Part shown: positions 24,588 to 37,443 of the stretch, piece by piece
Layout of the letters: every line of letters starts with the position of its first letter
Position numbering within the stretch: the first letter of the stretch is position 1
DNA from: Lama guanicoe
Lineage: Eukaryota
Assembly: GCA_013239625.1 (NCBI GenBank)
Contig: MU053365.1
Span: 969,566 to 1,033,565 of the forward strand
Reading direction: 5' to 3'
Length of the DNA: 64,000 bases
Made by a program: the position numbers and the translations under genes
Notes under the pieces: generated by a model
Database searches by the model: none
What the model was told of the DNA's origin: nothing
Seen by the model: the letters and a program-made list of their open reading frames with translations, nothing else

Positions 24588-25368
24588 CTAGTGGTTAAAA
24601 GCCAGCATGGGCTCTCACACCACCTTTTCTGGATGGAATCCAACTCCACCCCTTTTGCTTTCAACTGTTCACTTCCCTCACCTGTAAAATAAGCATAATG
24701 AAAATACTGCCTCTTCCCCTCCTTGGTCTACACCCTAGAGAAGTAAAAACATTTATTTACACAAAAACAGGGGCAGGAATGATTATGGCAGCATGACTCA
24801 CAATAGCCAAAAACTGGAAACAACCCAAATGTCCTTCAATAGATGGATAGCTAAACTAATTGAGGTCTATCGATATAATGGAATATGATTCCTCCATAAA
24901 AAGGAATGAAGTATGGTACATGCTACCACATGGATGAACCTCAAACACACTACCCCAAGCGAAAGAAGCCTGGCACAAAATGTCACGTATTTATTATGTG
25001 ACTCCAGTTAGACGAAATGTCCAGAATAGGGAAGTCTATGGAGGAAACAGATTAGTGTTTTTTTGAGGCTGAGGGGATGGGGCATAAGGAGTGATTGCTA
25101 ATAAGTATGGAGTTTCTTATGGAGGGGGTCATGAATTGTTCTAAAATTACTTGCAGTGATTGTAGAACATATCTGTAAATCTACCAAAAAATCAGGGAAT
25201 TGTATACTTTGATGGTTAAATCAGTTGGTATGTGAATTATACCTCAATAAGTCTGTTTGAAAAAATACCCCCTCACCACATGAGGTTGCTGTTTGGCATA
25301 AATGAATTAAGTGCCAAGAACCGTGCCTGGCATATGGTCAGCTCTGAATACAAGTTAGCTGTTTTTAT
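24588..25368 (+). mobile_element. MIR split by an L1MB insertion
   Basis: Head 'tagtggttaaaagc...cctcacctgtaaaataagcataat' before 24714; tail 'agaaccgtgcctggcatatggtcagctctgaatacaagttagctg' after 25266. Confidence 0.6.
24714..25266 (+). mobile_element. L1MB7/8-type 3' end (ORF2 C-terminus plus 3' UTR)
   Basis: 'cacaatagccaaaaactggaaacaacccaaatgtccttca' (TIAKNWKQPKCP) and UTR end 'ggtatgtgaattatacctcaataa'. Confidence 0.85.
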
Positions 25369-25982
25369 GCTTGAAAAAGTTAGAAAGAATATACCAGAAC
25401 AGACTCAGGATATTGGTTCTTGTTGGAGCACCACAAGAAATCATACTCAATTTTCACTCCCGATTTTATTGTGTTTTCCTGAAAGTCGTTAAGCCCCCTT
25501 CATCTTGTCACCTGAAACACACAGCTAGAAGTGCCAAATTGCACAGGAGAAGTAAGAGGAAAACAAAAGCAAAACAGAACCAATATTTTGGTGGGAAATG
25601 TCAACTGCAGTGGGAAAATGCCTCATCCTGTTTGTGTTTCAGGAATTGATTAATCATCAGGGAGATGCTCTTGTGTCTTCCCCAGGGCAGCCCCTCCACT
25701 ACGCCCTGCCCTCCCCCTCTCTCTCTCCTTCAAAAAGTTTGGCTACTTCCTCAACCAAGTATTTACATTGAAAACTGCAAAGCGGAAGTCCACATATAGG
25801 ATAGTAGCTGTCAGCTTGTAGCCGCCTATGATAGCAACTATTCCGAGGGCCTGGTCCAAGGTGAAGTGTGGAAGAATCCCCCAGAACCAGCTGTGGATTG
25901 GCTGAGGGATAAAGAAGGATGGCTCTGTGCTGCCTCTCTCTGCACACCACTGAGCCTCTACCCCAGTCCTAGCAGCAAAATA

Positions 25983-26148
25983 ACACAGGGGACTATGTTC
26001 AATATCTTGTAATAACTTTTAATGAAAAAGAATGTGAAAACAAAATGAGTGTATGTATTTATATGTGTGACTGGGACATTACGCTGTACACCAGAAATTG
26101 ACACATCGTACCTGACTATACTTCAATTAAAATAAATTAATTAAAAAT
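25983..26148 (+). mobile_element. 5'-truncated artiodactyl/camelid L1 3' end
   Basis: 'cacaggggactatgttcaatatcttgtaataac...gctgtacaccagaaattgacacatcgtacctgactatacttcaattaaaa' plus A-rich tail. Confidence 0.8.
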
Positions 26149-26528
26149 AGAGGGAGAGAACAGGAATGGTAGAAGTACTTCAAGGAGCTGGGGAATGAAA
26201 TCAATCACACTTCCAACCTTCCCAAATATCTCACTTAACTTTAATTATGGAAATTAGATTGCGTTGTTTGCAGCTGTTTGCAAGTTAGGTTTCCTTGTCC
26301 TTAACCTTGTATCCTAGTAGGAGCTTTCCTCAACACCAGCACATCACAGACGGCAGGGCTTGGACAATTTCTCTTTGTTGGACTTTATAGGTGGCGGGGC
26401 TAATTTAGAGAAGGGCGTTGTTCCCAAATTCCATTGGTCAGTCAGTCTCTTACATGGTGAGCTTACTAGTCCAGCTCAAAAATGGTTAATTGATTCACCT
26501 GTAGCTTAAATATGGATCTTTTCAGGAG

Positions 26529-26863
26529 CAGGACCATGATTCCTCACCGAAAATGCTTGGAGCCTAATGTTGCAGAAATCAGAATTATTTGGATTTCAGA
26601 AATGGGGCTCAGTGTATATATTGTATATGAGGTAATGCTCCCATTGAGGTTGGGAGCAGCATCCTGTAATCAAGACAGTAAATAACCTTTCTGAGGTGAA
26701 GCAGATGAATGGTCATATGAAGTAGGATAATAGATTGTAAATAGACTCACAGTTCAGGTCAACTTTTGCCATGAAACCAGTTTGCCCAGAACTTGCAAAA
26801 AACAATATTCAGTTTCCCAACCGTGTTGGACTTCAGAATTGCAGATAAGGGATTGTGAACCTA
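26529..26863 (-). mobile_element. MER46C-like Tigger MITE
   Basis: Right TIR 'gcagataagggattgtgaacct', decayed left TIR 'caggaccatgattcctca', internal 'cagttcaggtcaacttttgcc'. Confidence 0.75.
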
Positions 26864-26949
26864 TATCTTCATGTATATATTACCAGTTGTGTACTCCTGG
26901 GCGATTTCCTCACCTGAGATGTGGTAAGAGCTCAAGAAACATTATCTCA

Positions 26950-27549
26950 CTAAGTGTCCATTGACAGATGACTGGTTAAAGAAGTTATGGCATATGTATA
27001 GAATGGAATATTATTCAGCCAGTAAAAAACAATGAAATCCTGCTATTTGCAATAACATGGATGGGACCCTGAGGGCATTATGCCAGGTGAAATAAGCCAA
27101 AGACAAATACTGTATGATCTCACTTATATGTGGAATCTTAAAAAAAATTCATAGAAAAAGAGATTAGATTTGTGGTTACCAGAGGCAAGGAATGAGGGCA
27201 GGAGGGAGGAAGAAGTGAACAAAGGTGGTCAAAAGTACAAACTTCCAGTTATAAGATAAATAAGTACTATGTAATGTATAACATGATGGCCATAGTTAAC
27301 ACTGCTTTATGATATACATGCAGATTTAGAGAGTAGCTCCTAAGAGTTCTCATTACAAGGAGAAAATTTTTTTCTTCTTTTTCTCCGTTCATTTTTATTC
27401 TATCTATATGAGATGATGGAGTTAACTAAACTTATTGTGGTCATCATTTCACAATATATATAAGTCAAATCTTTTTGCTGTACACCTGAAACTCATACAG
27501 TGATGTATGTCAATTATATCTCAATCTAACTGAAAAAAAGAAAAAGAAA
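26950..27549 (+). mobile_element. L1 3' end (L1MA/laurasiatherian type)
   Basis: 'aagtgtccattgacagatgactggttaaagaagttatgg', 'tgatctcacttatatgtggaatct', end 'gtatgtcaattatatctcaat' plus A tail. Confidence 0.85.
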
Positions 27550-27837
27550 TGCTCACAACTCCATGGTTACTGCTGCTGAATTCATTATTAGCATCACTTC
27601 CACCCTCCACAACAGTAGGAACCGGAAGGGACTTAGAGACCAGGATTTGTTAATTTTCCAAATCTGCACAAAAAAGGCATCGTTCGTTTAATCAGTTTTC
27701 AGGTGCTTTCAATCAGCAAACACAGGCCAGCTTCCATGTCGAGGAGGGCAGGGCAGCTACTATTCAGCATTACCCACCACTCGTTTATATGTAGGAGGTG
27801 CCTGGGAGCCAGGGGTTTATAAATCATATTGTCAGTA

Positions 27838-28062
27838 TAGCAATAAGAGCTGCCCTCTGTTGAGCCCCCAGATGTGCCCAGCACTGCACTAGGTACTTAA
27901 CAGGTGTTACCCTGATGATCATGGCCACAGCCCTTTGAGAGCAGGGTTACTGCCATGACATAGAGGGGTTGAGCAATAGGCCCAAGACCACGGGACAACT
28001 AAGCTCCAGGGTACGCCCCAGTTTCCACTGACCCCCAATCCAGTCTCTTTCCTCTAAACTAC
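27838..28062 (-). mobile_element. MIR, degenerate
   Basis: 'tgttgagcccccagatgtgcccagcactgcactaggtactt...gcccaagaccac'. Confidence 0.55.
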
Positions 28063-28247
28063 ATCTGTGGGGAGGTCTGAGATTTGACCCCCTGGTCAAT
28101 ACAAAATGAGGGGGACTCTACAGGGATAAACAGAATCACCCATGGTGCTCAGAACATACACCTCACATGGAAGAACAAATTGCCTACACCAATTCTCCTG
28201 GTTTTGAGAAATATTAAACATAGTGGGGTGTACATGTGTGCGTGTGA

Positions 28248-28250
<3 letters not shown>

Positions 28251-28285
<35 letters not shown>
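28251..28285. repeat. (TG)17 microsatellite
   Basis: Direct reading of the sequence. Confidence 0.95.
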
Positions 28286-28286
<1 letters not shown>

Positions 28287-28689
28287 TGTGTGGTCTCTTG
28301 GGGTGGCGGTAGGGAAGCTGATTATTCTTATGAAGTTTCATTATGGTTTAATTATTTTTTTCATGAGATAAGCCCAGAAGGCCTTTGTTTCAAATATTAT
28401 TTCTAATTATTCATGGCTTATGAATGCAATCACAAATAAGGGTGAGAAGGTAGGTTTATTATTTAATCAACTGCATAAAAATGATGTACTATTCAAATTT
28501 AAAAGGAAAGAAAGTCATCTTATAATTAAAGCCCTAGTCAGATAATGAGGTCTCTTTGGCGGTATCTATTCTCCAAGTTGCTAAAAACTTTTGAAAAGTA
28601 AAATAAGTACGGGAGTCACAACCTGACATTGTTAGGGGAGACACTGGGGTCTACTCAGCGGTTTCCATGAGCCCTGCCCCTCAGGGGGG

Positions 28690-28900
28690 AGCTTAGAGAT
28701 CAGACAAGTCCAAACCCTTGTGCTTTGCTGCGAACCCTTCTGAAACTCAGCCAGCGGACCACATTTTGAGTGGTGAGGAGCTTATCACCTCACGAGGTAG
28801 CTCGTTCCTCTGTTGGATGGCCCAGTGGGTCAGTGAGCATAAGCTTATGCTAAACTGAGGAGCTAAAATCAAGTTCATTTGTATCTTTCATCCTTCAGCC
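28690..28900 (-). mobile_element. Possible L3/CR1 LINE remnant
   Basis: 'gaggagcttatcacctcacgaggtagctcgttcctctgttggatggc' resembles antisense L3 'gggagctcactacctcccgaggcagcccattccattgttggacagc'. Confidence 0.4.
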
Positions 28901-28944
28901 CCAGCATCATCTTCTGCAGCAGTCAGACTCAGCCTACTCCTCTC

Positions 28945-29250
28945 AGTTCTTTTACAAATCATGATGCCCGGGTCAAACTCCATACCAACTGGATTAGAAT
29001 CTCTGGATATGGGCCCCAGGCATCAGTATTTCAAATCTTTCTGGGTGATTTAAATGGGTAGTCAAATTTGAGACCCAGGGCTCTAAATCCTCCCTACTCA
29101 AGAATGGTCTAGAGGCCAGCAGCACCAACGTGGCCTGGGAACTTCATTAGGAACGCAGGGTCTCAGGCATAAGAGACCAGAATAAGAATGTGCATTTTGC
29201 CAGATGCACTGGGACTCCTGTGCACCTATCAGTGTGAGAAGCCAGGCTGT
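28945..29250. mobile_element. Two adjacent MER5-family hAT-Charlie MITEs
   Basis: 'agaatctctggatatgggccccaggcatcagtattt...ggtgatttaaatg' followed by 'ccagcagcaccaacgtggcctgggaacttcattaggaacgcag...agtgtgagaagc'. Confidence 0.65.
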
Positions 29251-30699
29251 AAGGTACATCTGTCTCAGTCTTGTTTAAATACATTGTTTTCTTAGATCTT
29301 AAGCTCAGTTAACTCATCCTCAAATAAGGCAAGGTCTCTTCAGATTCAGTTTTGCCAAAAAATAATGGGACTTCCTCTGGGCCACTCCCTATCCATGTCA
29401 GGGTTGACTTCTTTTCATTCCTGGAGCTGGACCCTGGTCATCCAACTTTGCTGAGTCTAGCAAGCTTTATCTAGTGCACTGTTTCCTAAACTAAGGTCCA
29501 TTGTCATATTCTCTGGGTTCTGTTGTTCCATAAGAATGTCTTAAAGTGGAAGTTTTAATTTCGAGTTGAAGATCTAAAAAATTTTATCAGCTATAAGGAT
29601 TTTAGAAACTACGCGGATGACCACCTATAGCTGGGCACTGCCCTGTGATTTCGGCTCCCACATTGGCTTTTGTGTTTACAGTCACACTGGTGCCAATTAG
29701 AAACAATTTAAGTGTCTCAGGCTAATGAGAAAATAACAGACCAGGATGTGGAGCCAGAACTTAAGTTCAGATCTGTGACTCTGCAGCCTGTGCTTTTCTT
29801 TGGCGGGGGAGGGGGGTTGCAGCCTGTGCTCTTAAAGCACAGTGTCACCCCAGACACCATGTTAAATGACTTGGACTCTACCGACCACTTTTCTATTTCT
29901 TCACCTTCTCCCCTAAGATCCAGCCTGGCCACTAGAACACTGCCTGCTCCAACCATGTTGCCTTTGCTCCATCAGAGTCACTCTCCGTGACCTTATAACG
30001 CCATGAGAAAGAACACATAACACCCAGGCTTGTTCTTGCTGTGCCCACCATGGAGAACCACGGGAGAAACTTCAAACTCCTCACATGAATTACTTTGTTT
30101 CCCTTGAAGAAACAGTAGCATCTGTCATTAGAAACATATAGTTTGGGGAACTCGATTCTGAAACTGAGATCAGATGACAAAATCTCCAGGATCCCGGAGT
30201 TTTATAAGTTTTCAGTTGCATATTTTTATTAGTTCTTATAATCTAAAAGAATCACTTTCATCTGGTGGCCACCTTGAAGTTAAATACTAGAATATATTCT
30301 CAGAACTCACCTGCATTTTTGTACAAGAGCTTTTGTACCAAATGAAGGTCACATGCCATGATGGAAGACCAAGAGAAAAGAGAGTAATTCAAAGAGGGGC
30401 AAGGGGTAGGAGGACTGAGATGCCGTATAGCCTTGGTCCTACAGGTGTAGCAAGTGCCCAAGAACCTAATGCAGAGCAGGCAGACCGATTCACATTGTAG
30501 ACACCAAGTTGTTAAATTAGTGGTACTTTAAACACATAAAGATGAACTTCTCTTTAAATGATATCTTTCTATTTTAATGTTGTATTTAGGGATATTAAAT
30601 TTACTGTTTCCTCAAATGAATCAATGATTATCTGAATTCTAATTCTCTGTTAAAAAGGAAAAATAAATGATTGGGACCCAAATGATGGTCTGCTATACT

Positions 30700-30818
30700 A
30701 AGAAGGAAGGAAGGGAGGAAGGGAGGAAGGAAATAAGAAAAGAAAGAGAAGGGAAAAGTACAAAGGAAGGAAGGAAGGGAGGGAGGGAGGAGGGAAGGAA
30801 ATGAAAGGAAGGAAGGAA
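30700..30818. repeat. Polypurine (GGAA/GGGA)n low-complexity tract
   Basis: Direct reading of the sequence: almost exclusively A/G for ~120 bp. Confidence 0.9.
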
Positions 30819-31534
30819 TTGGAATATAAGACTGCTAAACTATACTGCTACTAAACTCAACAATAAAGATTGAATTTAGGCAAAAATCATCTACCACATC
30901 ACAACTTAGATTATTAGCTCTTGATACAGTTTCACTTTTAAAATTCCCAAAAAGACATTCAAGAAAGGATGGAACACTGGGCTGATGGCAGGTCTACTGC
31001 CAAAAGCATGAGGGAATTTCTATCAACTACAACTGCAGTTATTGACACTGGACTGAACAATACATCCCATGGCCCAGCCCGTGCTACACAACTAGATACA
31101 GAATTCACCTTCCAGCTGTCCCCACTGGTTCAGCTATGCCAGGTTTCCCTAAGGAGAAAACTGGTCCTTGTCCCTCCACTCCACAGGAACATTTCTATAT
31201 AGTCAAAATGCTGTTCAGCCCATTCATACAGCTCTTCTTATTCAGCTAGCGAATGTAATTCCCAGGGAACACCTGGACAAGAGGTGTCCATGTGTGTTTG
31301 TGGGTCGGGTGACAAATGTTAAGTGGTGCCTTGCATCGAGGGAGGATTAGGCTCCACTAACACATTGCTGTAGGTCAGTGTTTGGGAGATCGTGCGTGTA
31401 CATGTTTGTGTTCTAGATGACGGTGTAAAAGTGTCTTTCATATGAATCCTGCTTTCATCAACTAATATGTTATCACTTACTCTAGCATTCTTTTATCTGA
31501 AAATTAGGTAAATATATCTGTGGTCTGTACTGAG

Positions 31535-31772
31535 AGTATGGTATGATGATTACAAGGATGGACTCTGGAACCCGGCCACCATCTTGCTAGCCTTGTGACC
31601 TTGGGCACTTTATGTTGCCTTTCAGTGCTTCTGTTGACTTACCAGTGAAGTGATGGTAATAATAATGCTTACTCATAAAGCTGCTGTAAGAATTAAATGA
31701 GTGGATACGTGTAAAGAAATTGGAACTGTGCTTGGCTTGCACCCAGTTCTATTTAAGTATTAGCTATTATTA
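31535..31772 (+). mobile_element. MIR, near full length
   Basis: 'ggactctggaacc...tgtgaccttgggca...aagaattaaatgagtggatacgtgtaaag...tattagctattatt'. Confidence 0.85.
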
Positions 31773-31989
31773 ATATAACCACAATTATTTAACCCGAGTC
31801 AAAGGAAAGCATTGTGTATGACGGTGCAGCCAACTACAGAGCTCCAGGGTACCCCACTTAAAGATCTCTCTCCGTTTCTGCACTGATCCAGTCATCATCA
31901 CTTTGGATGTAGTGGCTCCACCAGCCAAAAACTCAGTTAACTGTGCTTCCATCCAAGATTCATTTCTCCATCTTTGAGATGCCATATGA

Positions 31990-32558
31990 GACCCTGGCAT
32001 CCTATTCTGCTCACAGTAAACTCCAGGGCCCTCACTATGACTGGACAACATTACATACCTCCTTCTTCCCATCCTCTGCCATGACTGTCCTCCTCTCCCT
32101 TCACCCTCCTCCTGGCTCAGTCGGCTCCAGTCATGCCAGCCTCCTGGCCAGTATGGAAACACTCACCTTTGCACTTCAGGACCTTTGCACTTGCTGTTCC
32201 CTCTACCCCGGATACTCTACCCAAACAGATACATGGCTTGTTCTCTCCCTTCCTTCAGGTCTCTGTTCACAGTCACCTGATTAGAGGGGCCTTCCCTGCT
32301 CATCCTATATTAAATAATATCCCCTGCCCCATCCTCAGGCTCCCATGGCCCCTCCAGCCCCCCAGTACTCAATATCAGCAGACATACTTTTTAGTTGTTT
32401 AGTTGACTGTCTTCTCTCTTTCCTGCTAGAATATCAGCTCCAAGAAACTAGATTTTTGACTGTGTTGTCCACTGCTGTATCCTCAGTGCCTAGAAGACTA
32501 CATGGCACAGAGGAGAAGATAGTGGTCATTTAACAAATATTTCCTGAATGAATAAATA
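31990..32558 (+). mobile_element. L2a 3' end
   Basis: 'tcaggacctttgcacttgctgttccctct', 'ccttcaggtctctgttca', 'cactgctgtatcctcagtgcctagaa', tail 'tgaatgaataaat'. Confidence 0.85.
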
Positions 32559-32629
32559 TCAAACAGTGTGCAGGAAACCTAATGTATAACATCTATAGTA
32601 TTTCCTGACCTGAGGGTTTGGTAATAGTC

Positions 32630-32756
32630 TTTTATTGATTTATTTACTGGGGGATTAATTGGATTTGTTTATTTATTTTGATGGAGGTACTGGGGACTGA
32701 ATGCAGGACCTCATGCATGCTAGACACACACGCTACCCCTGAGCTATACCCTCCCC
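32630..32756 (-). mobile_element. tRNA-derived vic-1-type SINE, second and more diverged copy
   Basis: 'atggaggtactggggactgaatgcaggacctcatgcatgctag...ctgagctataccctcccc' is homologous to the copy at 15901-16022; no clear TSD. Confidence 0.85.
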
Positions 32757-33739
32757 GCTCTGCATTTAAACTCCTTTTAAATAGATATTTAAGGCATGAA
32801 GTTTAGTTTAGCATGACTTGCTCTCAGTGCACATCGAATTTTATACATAATAAAGCAATTCTTTGTCTTTTTGTGCAATGAAGTACAGGAAACCCTATTA
32901 AACATTCCGCTGCTGCATTTGTAGATTTTGCTGCAGCCTGTGGCTCTGTCACCAGAAATCAGCTCTGGCCCGATGGCGTTGCCCCATCACTGATGGGCAT
33001 CTCTTAGTTCTGCTTCAGCAGGCTCTCACTGGCACCCCTGATCAAATAAAGGCAGGAATTTCCAGTTCTTTGACCAAAAGGTTAAGCAAGGGCAGATCTT
33101 AGTCCCGCTGCTATTCAACCTTCACCTTAATGACATCCTTAATCTTGAAATCAGATTATAGGGTATTTCATTACTTCCATACAATTTCTAAATCACTGTT
33201 GGGTGCAAGGAATAAACTTTAAGTGTTAGGCCTGCTTTTATTACTCAGTTTATTTACTGTAGCGGCTGTTCCTGGTGACTTTTCTCCTCCTTCCTTCTAT
33301 TTTCCTCCTATTTTCTGTCTTTTTTTTAAAAGTGAGGGAGTCCGAGGTCTGGATCTGTCCTGCCAACATAGCAGTGGAGAGCCTTGTTTACATTTTTAAT
33401 ATATACATAAAAAAATGAAGAATAAGCAGTAATGAAACTTTTTCCTTCTTAACAAAGGTTTTATAAAATAGACAGCACACATTTGTTCTATAAGATCCAG
33501 GATAAACAGCTACTGCCAAATTGTCAAAAGCTGTCTTGCCCAGTATTTCTGCTCACTCGACTCTATCTAGAACCTCTATTCCTGTATTTGCCAATATTTT
33601 ATAATGGCTTGCAACCTTTGTAATCCCTAAATTTTTTCTTAATTTTATGAATTTTTTGTCCTCCCATAAGTTGCCTCAAGTCTTCTGTGAAATGAGGGGT
33701 GGTGCAAATATATCTAAAAATATTTGCTTTGAGCCCAAT

Positions 33740-33802
33740 TCTGTCTGTCTGTCTGTCTATCTATCTACCTACCTATCTCTCTATCTATCTCTATATATAT
33801 AT
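33740..33802. repeat. Compound (TCTG)/(TCTA)/(TA) microsatellite
   Basis: Direct reading of the sequence. Confidence 0.85.
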
Positions 33803-34459
33803 CCAGATAATATGACTCACTTAAAGAATCATCATTAAATATTAATTAACCAAAAAGAAAATTGATGATTGGGAGAGAGCAAACCAGCAATTTGACGGCT
33901 TCTATATTATCAGTCAATTGATCGGTACTGGGTATTTAAATAGCTAGGTATTTATTTTAACTAAGCACTTTCTGGGAAATGACATTCTAAGACATTAAAG
34001 GCCACAGTCACTAAAGCTATAGGAGCCAGACAGAAATTCTTTTGCACCAAAGGGGGCCACTTAATCGATTTCCCTCTAAAACTCTTCCATAGTATAATTT
34101 AGTGACCCAAATTCTATCTGAACAAAGGAATGGGACTGGGACAATAAACAGAGTGCAAACCTGGAAACATCACAAAAAAAGTCTCCTAAAAACACTTGTA
34201 TTTACCAACAGCTGCACCTCTCAGTACCTTGGAAGCACTAATTCGGTCATTTTGGATTTGCATCAGAAACTGTATTCATGGGACCATAATAAAATACTTA
34301 AAGAAACTGCCATTTTCCCTGAAGAACTGGTTCTCAAATTTATGTTGGCTTCAGCTTCACAACACGAAGAACAAATTTTATAAGTAATTTGTGTTGTGTC
34401 ATTTATATTCTATTATCTTTGATTTACAGGGTCAAAGTAGGCATTAGCCTATTAGTTGA

Positions 34460-35525
34460 ATCAGTTTATCAAATCTACAATGCACAAAGCAGTGACCTAG
34501 GCACTGGGGATTCAAAATGAATATGATATGGTCCCTGTCCTCAAAGAGATCACAACCAGTTGGGGTGGAGAGAGATGGAGAAACAAACACATAAGCAACT
34601 TTAATTAGTCTACAATACGATCATTGTTAAAAGAAAGGTTGAGCAACGTGCTTTGGGGATCCTAAGTGACGAGGATCTTGATGGGTGGATAAATGCTGGG
34701 CAGACAAGGATGAAAAGGCTCTAGGGGAGAGGGAGCAGTGGGAACAAACTCAGAGGTATGGGAGCCTATGGATTAGAGTGTGAAAGGGAAATGGTAAGGG
34801 ATGAAACACAAGAGTTGGCTGGGACCAGATCTCCAAGGACCATCAGTGCCTTTCAAAGGAGTGGGGACTTTACCATAGAGGTCATAAGGAGACACTGAAG
34901 GGCTTAAATGGGAGTTTCATAAGACTATGTCAGAAGGTAACAGAATATATATGTTTAGAGGCAGGAGGCTGTCAAGAGAACTTTACAAGACTCAGAGATC
35001 TGGCCACATATTAGAAAGCAAAGAATTTTAAAAAACATTCCTATGTGCCCATCCATCTTAGAGCATTTGAAACTAGTATCTGGAGGTGATCTCAGACAAT
35101 AGGAGAGTTTCGAGGTTCCCCAGATGATTCTAATGAACAGCCAGAGTCATGATCTCCTGGGACTCCACCAACAAGGGAGGAGAGGTGCCTATATTAAGGC
35201 AGTGATAATGCTGATGGAAAGAAGAGAAGGGAGGAGAGAGATTAAAGAGACATTTCTAACAGAATTTAAAAGGCTCTAGCTGAATGGATGTGAGAGTTGA
35301 GGGAGAGGAAAGAGATGAGTTAGATGAGGGATGGATGATGGTGTCTCACTGCCAACACAGAGAACTGAAAAAGAGAAATAGGTTTTGAGGAGGAAGGTCA
35401 TGAGCTGGGGCTAAAGCAAAGGGAATGTGGGGCCTTTGTAGGACATGTAAAGGGGTGTCCACTGGACACGTGCACGTATAGAACTCGAGCTGAGGTGAGA
35501 ATTTAGATGAAGAGGTCATTGACGG
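34460..35525 (-). mobile_element. L2, interrupted by a MER5 at ~34995-35160
   Basis: 'ctaggcactggggattcaaaatgaatatgatatggtccctgtcctcaaagagatcaca' to 'tggatgtgagagttgagggagagga'; MER5 'ccccagatgattctaatgaacagccagag'. Confidence 0.7.
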
Positions 35526-35711
35526 GCTTGCTCTTTTGGAGGTAGAATTCTTCTAGATTCAGATTCAGATGGAACACACATTGACTGAGTACCTATTATG
35601 TGCCCACTACGATTATCATTCCACATATTTCCCAGGTGGTTGTGGAATAATGAAAAGAAATCACTTGGGAAAACCTACCTTTCCGAGACAAACCTGCATG
35701 GTACAAATCCA

Positions 35712-35878
35712 AACGTTGGCTGCTCACTGGAATCACCTGTGGGACTTTTTAAAACCCTGAAGCCCAGGCCACATGCCAGGCCGGTTAAGTCAGAATCGAA
35801 GGTAGTGGGACCCAGGTGACAGTATTTTCTAAAGCTCCCTGGGGGTGCAGATGAGCAGTGAAGGTGGAGAACCACTGC
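35712..35878. mobile_element. MER5B-like MITE
   Basis: 'ggctgctcactggaatcacctgtgggactttttaaaa...ggtggagaaccactg'. Confidence 0.75.
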
Positions 35879-36644
35879 TTTATAGAACTCGCTTCCATGA
35901 TCGAAGGCAGTGCTAGCCAGAAACCTGCACATGAGTGAAGCCGCCAAAGCACAAAATGGTCTGTTTCTGGAAATAACCCAACAGTCTGGGGGCTAATTTA
36001 ACTACTCATGACATTTTGAAGGCATATATTTCAAGCGTCTATTTGTATTGAACTCTTCAATTACCAAAGCATAAGCTACTGCAGACCCTGGTTAAAACAG
36101 CAGAAGATGATGATTCCTTTTATGAAAACAATGCTAAAATGTTACCAGCGCTTACACTCAGAGTCACTGTAACTTAGCTCTGTTTTGATCTTTATAATTT
36201 CTTTTAAAAAATCATATTGTATCTACCCTTTGCTCTATAAGTCTTGCAATGGCCTTTGGCCACAAGCAATAAAATTCTGACCTGAAGATATATAATAAGG
36301 AATGCCCTGTTGTTCTTTCCCCAGCAACCTAATAAAAACCATAGCACTGTGAGGAACAGTCTTTATACTCTTTTTATGATGCCAAATCAGTGGCATTTCC
36401 CCAGGTTGATGGTAATAGTTTTTAAAACCTAGAAAAACAAGAAGTAACACAAAATTTTCCTCTCTGTGTATTTTCCCATAGAACTGGACGGTGCCTAGGT
36501 CCTGCAGAAGGAAGGCATCCCTGAGCCGCTCTTTAATAAGCCTTCCCCCAGCCATTGACCCAATCCACAGCCAGTGAGTCAGTAATGCTGGATCCCAAGG
36601 AAACCTAACACAGGCTACGATTAATATTGGCTAAGCCTTCTTGT

Positions 36645-36797
36645 AAGAGGGTTAGAGCTGAAAGGGACTGTTGAGATAAATCTAACCCTGTCCTCATACA
36701 CATGTCCAAGTGAGGTCCAGAGAGGAACAAGGCTTTGCCCAAAGTCACACAGGATTAGAACCCAGCCCTCCTGATGCTTCATCCCTCTTCTTTCTAT
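36645..36797 (-). mobile_element. MIR3/MIRc fragment
   Basis: 'ttagagctgaaagggactgttgagata...tgaggtccagagagg...ttgcccaaagtcacacag'. Confidence 0.65.
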
Positions 36798-37109
36798 TTG
36801 GCTCTATGTGAATCCCAGACATCCAGAAAGATAGTGAGACCTAGCTCTAGAAAGGAATTCATCCTCAAAATCTAAAATCTCTTCCATCCCAGTGATGACA
36901 ATCATGGTGAAGTCGGCCCTACTAAATACAAAGGATCCCGGAAGGACTTCAAGCTTCCAGCCATAATTCAAGTACTCTCCCTTTAAAGCTACAGTCACCT
37001 CACCTCCATTGCACAGAAACTCAGGCCTCAACATGTGAAGTGACCTACTTCCCAGGAACTCTGCTGTTCTCATTACCTGCTGGCCTGGAGACGCCGGCAG
37101 AGGGGAAGG

Positions 37110-37238
37110 AGCTAGGGACTGTGCCACTCATGAGTGGGGTGATCTTTGGTGAGTCACTACCTCTTAGAACTTCAGCTTCGCCATCTGGAAAATGGGGAGA
37201 ATAACAGTACCTGCCACAACGGATTGGAGGATCACAAT
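37110..37238 (+). mobile_element. MIR core
   Basis: 'cttcagcttcgccatctggaaaatggggagaataacagtacctgcc'. Confidence 0.7.
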
Positions 37239-37443
37239 GGGGACAAATTTGCTCCCCCAACTAGGGGACATTTAGCAATGTCTGGAGACATTTTTGATGG
37301 TGATAGCCAGGTGGGAAGTACTATGGGCATCTAGTGGGTGGAGATCAGGGATGCTGCTAAATATCCTATAAGGCACACGAGCTCCTCACAGCAAAGAGTT
37401 ACCCAGCCTCAGATGTCAACAGGGCCAAAGCCGAGAAGCCCTG
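37239..37443 (+). mobile_element. MER20 hAT-Charlie MITE
   Basis: 'ggggacatttagcaatgtctggagacatttttgatggt...ggcatctagtgggtggagatcagggatgctgctaaatatcct...gagaagccctg'. Confidence 0.85.
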
